In this document: positions 11,301 to 22,875 of the stretch, piece by piece
Layout: each line of letters opens with the position of its first letter
How positions within the stretch are numbered: position 1 is the first letter of the stretch
Source of the DNA: the human T2T-CHM13v2.0 reference genome, Homo sapiens
Direction: 5' to 3' (one strand)
Assembly: GCF_009914755.1 (NCBI RefSeq)
Contig: NC_060925.1
DNA length: 64,000 bases
The notes under the pieces: model-generated
Told to the model about the DNA's origin: nothing
What the model saw: the letters and a program-made list of their open reading frames with translations, nothing else
Databases searched by the model: none
Made by a program: the position numbers and the translations under genes

Positions 11301-14300
11301 TCCCATTGACTATAATGGTTTGACCCCCTACCCACACATATCCATCCTCTTGCCATATAGTGGGTGTCAGCAGACATAGGCAATGTAGGAGAGGGACCAG
11401 TCCCTTCCTGCAAATTCAGGGGCCACAAGTGCTACAGATCAGCATGTGCGGTTCCTTAGGAAGGCAACACAGGACACGATCCTCACATTACCCACTCCTC
11501 CAGTGGGGTTCGGGTGGCACCCCTTAAACAAATTGTTTCCATTTCCACAGGGAGAGGAATACACGTTCTGAGTGGACTAAGAAAAGACTTCCAATGACCT
11601 CACGCCAGTCCAGGTCGGTCTCAAGATGGGGACGGGGCCTGCAGACTGGATCCACGTTGCTGTGGGGCTCCTCTCTCTCCTCCCCTCTCCACATCTTCAT
11701 TCTCTCCAAGGTTTTCTAAGTTTTCTTAAAAATGCCTCATTGTTCTCAGCTCCAACATGGAGATGCCACTGCCCACTTGGGCGTGTCCCTTGATCCCTGA
11801 ATGGTTTATAGCAGGACAGAGCTTGCTTGCAAAGGGGCAGGGCATACAGCAGGTGCAAGGTCAGTGTGTATTCTAATTGTTTCATGAATCACTGTGATGC
11901 TAGAAAAGCATTTGCTTTTTTGAAACTCAGGGAGAAATGCAAAATGGGAAAGGGGCTGGTCCCAGTATGAAAGGCACTTACTGACCAAAATAGAATAGAG
12001 GCCAACATTTTTGTTGCTAGTTTCTTTCTTTGTGTGTGTGTGACACAGGGTCTCACTTTGTTGCTCAGGCTGGAGTGCAGTGGTGCAATCGTGGCTCACT
12101 GCAGCCTCAACTAACCAGGCTCAGGTGATCCTTCCACCTCAGCCTCCCAAAAAGCTGGGACTACAGGTGTGTACCCCCATACTCTGCTAATTTTTTTTTT
12201 ACAGATACGGTTTCACCATGTTACCCACACTGGTCTCAAACTCCTGAGCTCATGCGATCCACCTCCTTAGCCTCCCAAAGTGCTGGAATTACAGGCATGA
12301 ATCAACACACCTGGCATTTTTGCTAATCTCGTTACAACATAATCCAATATACTGGGGGACATCACAGAGTTCCTTGCTCTTACTAGAAGATAATGTAATG
12401 GGTAAAACCCCCAACAATCCACATGAAATTCCCAGAATTGAAGTAAAAAAAAAAGAGAACGAGCAAGAAGAAATGAAAATTGGATTTTCTTTTTACATGT
12501 CCTGTGAAGCTGCTATCTCAAGGGGCGATTGCTCAGAGGAAGGGTTTTCTGGACCTCATGGGGACAGGAACCACTCTGCTTTGCTCATCGGTTAGGCCAG
12601 AGCCTCATGAGGGACACTAGTTGTCGATGGTTTTCATGAGAATAGAGCACTGAGACCAAAACTTGATTGACACTACAAACCCACACATGGAGAAAACCAC
12701 TGGAGCTCTGCAGAGGATGCAAGCCCGGCCACACATAAAGGAAGGGTCGCTGGACTGCGTCAGTGGAGGGAAGACACCTCAGAGGAAGTAGAGCCGCAGT
12801 CCCAAACCTTTTTGGCACCAGGGACTGGTTTCATGGAAGACCATTTTTCAGGCACCAGGTTGGGGGGATGGTTTTGGGATGATTCAAGCACATTCCATTT
12901 ACTGTGCACTTCATTTCTATAAATATTATATTGGAATATATAATGAAATAATTATACAACTCACCATAATGCAGAATCAGTGGGAGCCCTAAGATTGTTT
13001 TCCTGCAACTAGATGGTCTCACCTGGGGGTGACAGTTACTGGGAGACAGTGACAGATCATCAGGCATTAGATTCTCGTAAGGAAAACACAATCTAGATTG
13101 CTGGCATGCACAATTCACAATAGAGTTCGAGCTCCTGTGAGAATCTAATGCCACTGCTGATCTGACAGGAGGTGGGATCCAGGCTGAAATGCTCTCCCAC
13201 CGCTCACCTCCTGCTCTGCGGCCCAGTTCCTAACAGGTCATAGACCCATAATGGCCCATGGCCCCAGGGCTGGGGATCCCTGAAGAAGAGAATCTAGCTT
13301 GGGACACAGGAATCATGAAACAGGCCTCCAAATAATTGGGCAAAACTCCCAACATATGTGGATGGCCAGAGAAGAGATAAAGACATGGAATTAGCAAGAT
13401 AATTTCAGAAAAGAGAGATGCCCTATCTTAAAGAAGGAGGGCTGTTACATAAATTTCTCCAGCTGAGCTACTGTGGCCAGGAATTTGCCATAAGCCCTCA
13501 CCACTCCCTTCTCTGGCCTGTTTTGATAGCCAAAGCCTGCTCCTGTGAGAAGGAGCCAGGTGACAGAGGAGGCACTTGGAACAGGAGAAGAGGAAGTTCT
13601 ACCCAGTGGATGTCTGTGCTTAAAACTGGATCCAAGAGCCAGATTCAAAACAAGCTCAGTGTATAGAGCCTGCTGCAGAGATGGTCTGTCTCAGCTGCAC
13701 AAGTTGCAGGAAACAAAACATACAGAGGCTGCCTGGGAGGACAGTGGAGCTTTGTGATCTCCAGGGTGAAGTACTCACAGGCTACATCCAGAGCAGAGCA
13801 GGCAAGCTGATCCTCCAATGAGGACAAGGTGCTGCTATAAGGCTGGTGGCAGTCAGACACGTCATGGTGAACTGAGGGAGTCAAGTAAACTTCATTCACA
13901 GAGTCCTCTGGGACTTCCTGCTCCTTCACCTCTGGCAGCTCCTGGCTGAGCCTGGGGTAAAGAAGACAGAAGATAAACACCAGAGAGAACCAACACCCAG
14001 CTGGTTCTATAGGGAGGCCCTTAGGAAGGCCCAGAGGAAGCAAAGTACATTCCCCTGAGAGAGATACAACCATCCTTCCCTGTCTCGAGTAGGAGACAGA
14101 GCACGACAGGCTCTCAGTGCACTGGGCAGGCAATGAGCTGGGGAGGAAGCAGATGGAGAGATCCCTGTGGGGAACTGCCAGGACACAGTGCATTTGGCAC
14201 TTTTGCATCCATTTTGTTGAAATTAGCGTCAGTGGCCAAGTGAATACAGGCTCTTGAGTCTTCACAGAGTTCCTGTATCCTCAACAGCTCTTGTTCTCAA

Positions 14301-17300
14301 CATTGTAGCATGGCATGATTTATTTTCATTCACTTCCCTGCTATCGAATACTTGCAAACATGGTAATGCCAAAGAGGCAGACATCAGATGTGCAACTCAA
14401 CTTTACTTTAAGCAAAAAGGACAGAAAAGGGGACTGCAGAAAATGTCTGTGAGTGATCAGTTCAACAGAGTCAACTGAATGCAGATTAGACGAATTGAAA
14501 GGAATTAATAAGGAGGAACTAGAAATACAGGTGTACAATGAAAAGAGTCAACCTTATGAATATGGCATTTCATGGTTGGCTGAGCAGATGGAACAGGTAT
14601 ATTCAGCACACTCTGATTTTCCCTGCATCTGAGACTCCAGATATCAACACTGAATTAACTGTTCAGGATTCCTCAGAGTTACCTGGGGCATGGTGGGCTT
14701 TGGTCTTCTATCTCCTCTTGATCCTTTTTAATTTCTGTAAATAAATTCACAAAGGGACAGACAGATTAAGCAGGTTCTCCTACACACATAAACAATCCAC
14801 TGTGCAATCCTAACATAGAAACGTCAGTTTCCTCAGTGGGAGAACAGGACACTGTGAGAGAAATATTCCAGGAGGCCTGAGGTCCTGTCATGAGAGAGAT
14901 GCCTTGGTTTTCTTCCCTGGGCCTAGGAATGCAATCTCCCTGTTCTGGTAGATCATTATCCCAACATCATCTGTCCTGATTTTGTGCAAACAGTTATGCA
15001 AATTTTTCACACCAGTTGAAGGCAAATACCCCAGCTGCTTTCTAGAAGGAAAACTGCAATATTCAGCTTTCAATCATCAAATACTCACGTTGTTCATGGT
15101 TACAAGGATTTTAGACACTGAAACTAGAATGTAGGAGGGAATCTACAGACGCTTGGATGAAAATGAATCTTTGGTTCAATACAAAGAGACATTGGCTATT
15201 CGTGACATCTAGGAGTGACAAGGCCCAATCTTGTTTCTAGAAACATAACAAAAGGTAATGGACTGCTCAGCTAAAACAGGATAACATCAAAGACATAGAG
15301 AATGAGGCTAGGTTCTTTGAAACCTGGGTAATATCTTTAACGAAAAGTAGACAAAAATGCCACAGGCGTTGGGCAGGCATAGAATCTCACAGGACATGGT
15401 TGGGGAAAGGAACTTGTAAGGAACACGATAGCTGGCAAGACAAATCTTATTCAGATTAAGAGGCCTGACAGACACCTGTTGGGCACGTGCTGCATAGGTT
15501 GGTGTGAATTTGTCAATGTCGTGACAGTGGGCGCAGGGTGACACAGGCATGGTCTGAGATGAGGAAGAGAGCAAAGCTCACTGACCCACCCCTGTCTGTG
15601 CTTCCAACTTGATTTTTGATGCTGATGCAAATCATCCTGTGTCTGTGAGTCACGCCCACACCAATGACACATCTCAGTCCAGCCAGGGATGTGAAGTGCA
15701 AGGATTACGGAGTCTACCTGGGACACCAATTGGAGTTTTATCATGTTCACAATGGAGTACTCACTGTCTACAAGAGCCAAGCTGACTTGCTTGTCTTCAA
15801 AAGAGTACAAAGTGCTCCAATAAGGGTGGTAGGAGGGAGTCAGGTCAGGAAGGATGGAAGGAGTCAAGCAACATCCATCCAGTGACTCCTGGGGGATTTC
15901 ATGCTTGTCCACTCTCAGCGGTCCCCTGCTGAGCCTGTAGGGTAAGAAGGACTAAAGATTAATCCAAGGAGTTTCAGAGCCCTAGCTGGATTTCACGTGA
16001 GGCATGAGGGAGTGATCGCAGAAAACAAATGGGTCAACCCATTAAAGAGTTAAATATTCTCCTCTTCTTGGTGGGCACAGTGTGGTTGCCATGGGTAGGT
16101 TGCAATACAGAGAGAGGGGAAGAGAGAGATGAGAGAGAGAGAAGCATCAGGTGCTCAGCAAAGTAGCCAGATTATGATTTTCTGAGGAAGGAGACTGAGT
16201 CTCTCTGTATGGTAGAGTCGTGACTTACTGAATATCATGTCCCATAACAGTGGTTTCATTCCTTTCTTTTAAATGATGTTAAATTTTATGTGTAGTGGCC
16301 AAGTAAACATAGGTTTTGAGGCATAATCGTATCCCCGAAATCGCATGGCATCAAGTCCTCTTTCTCTCAATATTGTGCATGGTATAACAATAATTTTTTC
16401 TACCTAATTTCCTTGCCTTGAAATGCTCACCACTGTGCTAATGCAAAACCAGCAGAAAGCAGATATGCATCTCAGGCTGGTTGACACCATAAGAAGAGTA
16501 TACTTACTTTAAGGAAATCTGTGTGACTGATTAGTTGTTCACAAGGTCAAGTGGTTTGATGTACTGAACTTGAGAAGTTAATAAGAAATGGCAAACATTA
16601 AAAGTTTCACAATGAAAATGTAAAACATGGTTAAAAAAGATCATTTCCGGTTGGCTGAAGGGATGAATTAGGTATATTCAGGACTTTCTGGTTTTCTGTG
16701 GAGATGAGTTTCACAGATATCACCCCTGAATAGACAGCCCCTGATTTTTCTCAATTACCTGGGAGCAACTGTTTCTTGTCCTTTCACCTCTTCAAGATCA
16801 TTTTGCTTTTCTGTAAATAAATTAAGAGAAGACCAGCCAGGTGAACCTGATCACATTCACACATGCACAACCTTGTGTCCAAATCTTCATAGGGGCATAA
16901 ATATACGCAGTGCGAGAACAGGCTATTGTGAGAGAAACTTTCCAGGAGGTCTCAGGGTGAGCCTTGTGAGAAGTCACTAGGTTTGCTTTCCTGAGTCATG
17001 GAGCAAATCTCCCTGATCTGACAGGTCATCATCACAGTCCCTTCTGTCTTGAGTCACAGCAAACTGTTAACCATATCCTGTTTACTAACAGATCCTGGGG
17101 ATCTACTTTAATGCTTCCTAGCAGGTTACTGCAGTATTCAGCATGTTTCCTTCTGATAAGCTGTTGTCAGTGTTTTTGTAGAATTTGCATTTAGAGGGAC
17201 AGATTAAATCAAAAGAATCTCTAATGCTACATGGAAACATTGGCCTTTCATATGGCAGGGAGTTCCAGGGCCCGGCCTCCTTTCAGAGAAACATACAAAA

Positions 17301-20300
17301 TTTAATAGTGGTGTTCATGTTCTGGTACTCAGAGACTTCTTAGCTAAGACAAGCCTACTAAAAGGGGAGGGAGTCTAGCCTGAGAGAAGTGAACGAGGGA
17401 AATGACAGCTCCAAGAATATCGATAAGGCTGCCAGTGGCCTTGGACAGGCAGAGAAACTCAGGTTGTTTGGGAGGGAAAATTAGATTTCATGTGAGATGA
17501 CAGATTAAATCTAAATCAGGAGGACTGGTAGATACACCCTGCACCCAGGCTGCAGAGGTGGGTATGAATTTGTCAGGTCAACCTTGGGTACAGTGATCTG
17601 CCAATGGGGCAATGATGAAAGACAATGTGTGGTTTTGGACTAGAATGGAGCACAACTCTGACTTATAGGATGCCTTCCTTCAAACTCAATCCTAGAGCCT
17701 GGTTCTAACCAGTATATAAGCATAGAGTCTTCCTGAAGGTATGACATCCGTCACTATGGACAAATCTGGGGTACAAACAATAGGGAGCCTACCGAGGAAG
17801 CCAAGTGAGGTTTCATCCCATTTGGGATTGGAGTAATCCCTGGCAACATCCTGAGCGGAGCAAACTTTCTGTTCATCCAATGCCAAGAAAGAGACTTCAC
17901 GATGCCGGTAAGAGTTGGACTTGTCATGGTGTCTAGAATGAGACAAAACACATTTCTCTGGCAAGTCCTGCAGGACTCCCTTCTCTTCAGAATCCTGCAG
18001 CTTTCTGATGAGCCAGGTAGGATAGAACGACAGAAGGTTAGACCAAGACAGATTCAACACCATAGTATCTCAGGTGATTTGATAGGACACAAAGGGTGTG
18101 GTCACAGAAAGCAAAGGGGGGTCTCCTCCAAGAGAGAAAAATCTATCCTTCTAAATGTGGGGTGGAGTGTGACTGTCCTGGAGACAGAGCAAACATGAGC
18201 AGCAGGTGCTCAGTGCACTTGCCACAAACGAGCGGCTGCAGGAGGACCCAGACTCTCCCTGTAAGCTAGCATCAAGCATCATGACTTGCAGCACTGAGAA
18301 CTAAGCTGGGACTTCACTTCCTTTACACAAATTGCGTTGACATTACATGCAGCATCCAAGTGAACACAGCTCTTGAGGCATTCCCAACGCACAGATCCTG
18401 TGTTTTTAAGGTCCCCCTTTTTTTTCAATATTTTGACATAATATGAAATTTTTATTTTTAATTTTCTCGATTGCATTCAAATACTTGCCAACATGCTGTC
18501 ACAAAACATACAGAAAGCATATATGCATCTCACCCTGGATTAGCCACATGGGAGACCACAGGTGAGATCAGGAAATCCCTGAGGTTGGTCAGTTCACCTG
18601 GTTCAAGTGATTGTCGGTTCCTATGCTTGAGAGGGATTAAGAAATTGAAACCTATTCAAGTACCACAATAAAGAAGACAACATTGTTAAAGGGGCAATTT
18701 GCACTTGGATGAATGGATGAGACAGTTCTATTCGTCACTTCCTATTTTCCCTTGATCCGTGGTGTCCAGATGTCACTATTGAACTAACAGCCCACAAATC
18801 CACAGTTACCTGGGGGGCACTGGCGCTTTCCCCTCCTCCTCCTCATGGTCATTTTGATTTTCTGTAAACAAATTCAGAAGAGCAGGTCACAGTAAGGAAA
18901 TCACACAAGAGCAAATAAGTGTCCAGTCATAGCACAAGAACATAAATATCCTCAGTGTAAGAATGTGACATTTTGACAGGATCATTCTGACTTATTTTCA
19001 GAAGTAGATGTGCCTGCTTTCCAGACCCATAGGACAAAATCTCCCTCATCTGGTAGATCATAATCACCTATCCTCTGACCTAAGTCTGTGCGAACAATTA
19101 AACAAAACTTTTTCCCCAAGATTTTCAAAAATTGCCCTAACCACTCTCCAGAAGTGTTGTTGCAATACTGATTTATCTCATCATATATCATGGTCAACGA
19201 ATGGTTAGAGAAATTTGTATAGGAGACTGAACTGATGGATAAATTCTAACAATCCTTGCATAAAAAAGAGTCTGCGGTGCTACACAGAAACATTGACCGC
19301 TCATGGGGTGAAGAACTCAGGGCCCAGCCTCGTTTAGGGAAACTTATAAGCAAGATAAAGGTAGAAGTGTTTATGTCTTGCTTTCAAGGTGACTGCTTAG
19401 CTGGGACAAGCTGACCTAAAGGAGACCAAGCCTGGGGCCGAGAACAGTGAATCCAGAGACACATCTCCAATTACATAGGCAAGACTGTCAGTCGCCTGTG
19501 ACAGGCATAGAAACTCCATGGACATTGTTCAGGGACACAAATCATTATTGCATGTGACAAGAGACATAGGAACCGAGCCAGGAGGCCTGACAGATACCTC
19601 CTGTACACAGGTGGCTATGACTTTGTCACACCTGCCTGTGGTCCAGTATGCTAATATTGGGGCCAGGAAGACAAAGTCCATGCCATGGGCCTAGGAGGAG
19701 AGGAATGTTCTCTGACCCTCACATAACTGTGTTTAATATTCTATCATAGTTTCTCTCTTTCTTTCTTTCTTTTCTTTTCCTTCTCTCCCTTTCTTTCTTT
19801 TTCTTTCTTTCCTCTCTTTCTCTCTCTCTCTCTCCTCTCTCTCTCTCTGTTTCTTTCTTTTTCTTTTTTTGAGACACAGCCTCACTCTGTCACTCAGGCT
19901 GGAGTGCAATTGTGGCTCACTGCAGCCTTTACTTCCTGGGCTCAGGTGATTCTCCCGCCTCTGCTGCCTGGGTAGTTGGGATGACAGGCACGCACCACCA
20001 TGCCTGGCTAGTTTTTCATGTTTTTTGTAAAGATGGGTTTCATCACATTTCCCAAGCTGGTCTTGAACTCCTGAACTCAAGTGATTCACCCGCCTGGGCC
20101 TCCCAAAGTGCTGGGATTATAGGTGGGAGCCACCGCCCCCGGCTCCACTATACTTTGTGATTCAAACCAATATGTATGTATACAGTCTGTCCTCAGAATT
20201 GATCTTCCTCAGCCTAGACAGAGCTAGGAGGGACAAAGAATAGAGAGGCTACCTGGGGGAATGTTTAGAGCTTCCTCCTCTTCATCATGAGGGTGTTCAC

Positions 20301-22826
20301 TCTCTACAACCAGAGCAGAGTCAACTTCGTGTTCCTTAAATGTGATTTTGGTGCTCCTGTGAGGCTGGTTGGAGTTAGAAGGGTTGTGACTATTTGAACA
20401 AGTGACAGCACATTCCTCCAGTGAGTCCTGAGGGACTTCCTTTTCTTCAGTCTTCTGCACCTCTCTGATGAGCCCAGTGGGATAGAGATGACAGAAGATT
20501 AATCCAAAAGGCATTGCACCCCAAGAAGTCCTAGGTGGTTTTGAAAGGAGGCTTAAGAGAGTGGTCCCAGAATGCAAAGGAGAGGTTCCTTTTAAGAGGG
20601 AACAGGCAATCCTTTTCTGTCTGCAACAGAGCGTGGCTGCCATGGGAACCAGAGAGGAAGACAGCAGCTAGTGATCATTGCACTGGGCAGATAGGAGCTG
20701 AGGAGGAGGAAGACTCAGCTGTCCCTGTATGGTACAGTCTTGACAGCACACACAGAGAACCAAAAACAGCTGCCACATGGTGTGTCTAAGCTGGGTTGTA
20801 GTTAACATACTGTGGCCATGGCTATACAGGCATTTGAGCCATTGTAGACTTCAGAGATGGTGTGCCTTCTAGTTTTTTTAAAATTTTAATATTGTGACAT
20901 GAAATGTAAATTTTTTTGTCTAGGTACTGTACTTTGTGTTCAACTTTGCTAGGTGCTTCCTATTTCCTCTGCTTGTTGCCTCTCTGCTATTTATCTTTCC
21001 TAAAAAGAACCTAAAGACAACAGTGTAGAAAGCAGCTTTACATCTCATCCTGGCTTTCACTACAGGGGAGAACAGGTCTCCTCTGTGTGTGCAGGAAGTC
21101 CCTAGGGATGGTGAGTTCATCTAGGGTCATGCTTACAGGCACCAGGAAGACAATGGACAAGCACGTTAATGGGGCTATTTCCTTCTTGGGTGAGCACATG
21201 AAATCAGTGCACTCTGCAGCTTTCTTTATCCTGCCTCTGGAATCTGTGACTACCTTCACCTCCCTTTTATTCTTTCTGAGACCTTTTTCATATTTTACCA
21301 CCCATTACCCGCTCCTGATTATTCAATGTTACCTGGGGGCAGGTGATTCCTGTACTTTCTCAACCTCCTCGTCTTTGTCGTCTTCATCCTCATCTTCATC
21401 TTCATCATTTTCTGCAAATACAGATGTGTCCATTGAAATATTTCCCATTTCACCCACTGCAAGCACAGTGAGCCCTATGTGCACAGGGACATAAACATCT
21501 ACATGTATAAGTCCACACTGTGCTGAAAGCTCTCATGTTTTATCTCTAAAAAAATGCCCTGGCATGTTTTCCTGATCCATGAGGCAATGTGTTTCTGATC
21601 TGGAGGGTCACCATCAAGATGTGGCCAAATATTGAAAAGACCTTTTCCTCTTCATATCACTGGAGGCTTGCCCAGCCTCTCTCTGAACTTCAGCGGCTGT
21701 CTCCCCAATCCTGCCACAGATCTGATTCCCACGCACAGGCTCTGTATCCTGTCACAGTTCGCATTTAGAACCTATATCTTTCTCTTCGAACAGGACAAAC
21801 AACCTTGTCCCACAGTATTCCATACATTAGGGACTTCATGGGCCCTCCAAGTGGCTTCCACTGTGTTAACCGGGGACAATCTCTCCATGGGGAGTGCTCC
21901 AGTCTAAACCACTTCCTACCACCAAATGCCACCACATCAAGTGCCTTCTCCAACACCACACAGCAAGGGGCTTTATCTCATTGTGAAATATAGTCATAAG
22001 TGTTCCCACATTTGAATGCAAGAGACAATTTGTTTGCTTTTACAGATTTAGAGACAGAAACCCAGGAAGGATAAATTAATCAGTTGCCCACAGTTGCTAA
22101 AGACATTGCTGAAGATAGATCCTGGGAACATTCATTCTTAGTCCAGGGCTCCTTTCACTCTAAAAGCTGCTTCCTGTCACAGCCTCCTTCCTGTTCTTTA
22201 AAACTGGACGGATGTTGCCTCTTGCTCTAAAGACCACATTCCATCAAGAAAGGAGGATACATTTGCCATTCTGTAACCTCCACCCCATGGGTTTCCCATC
22301 TCTGCTCCCACCCAAGAAATTCTGATCATGTCGTGGCCACAAAAGTTTACTGGAAAGAAACACTACCCATACAATTGTCATTGTGGAGGTGTGGAGGTCT
22401 GGGGACTTTCATAAGCCTGAAGCTGTGTGTCATCAGGGCCCATGGCCACCTTACCTGGGCTCAGCTTGTGAACAAGGTGCTCTGCCAGCCTGTGCCCCTC
22501 AGCCAGCTGCTCTCGGAGGTCCTGACCCTGGGACTTGTCAGGGTCATCAGGAGTGAGGAGGGTTTTCAGATGCTTGTTCAGCCAGCGGGAGGCATCTCTC
22601 CCTTCCCGTAACTTCTCCCGTAACTGGGTCAGCTCTTTTGCCTGAGAGTGAACCAGGGCTTTATACTGCCTAAGGTGAGATAGTAGAGAACATTTAATAA
22701 TGGAAAGGGATGAGTGATCAGTTCTAATACCGCAACAGAGGTTTCTCTGAGAATGTCCTCAAGGAGACCTCCAAGCAGAAGGTCAGAACATGTTTGGGGA
22801 AATGTCTGTGGCCAAGAGAAAGAAGA

Positions 22827-22875
<49 letters not shown>

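Noticed and set aside
13645-14265. 206-aa ORF (and 15451-15912, 17692-18063, 20224-20643) as standalone genes
   Set aside because: Each is an NBPF4 exon with read-through into flanking intron.
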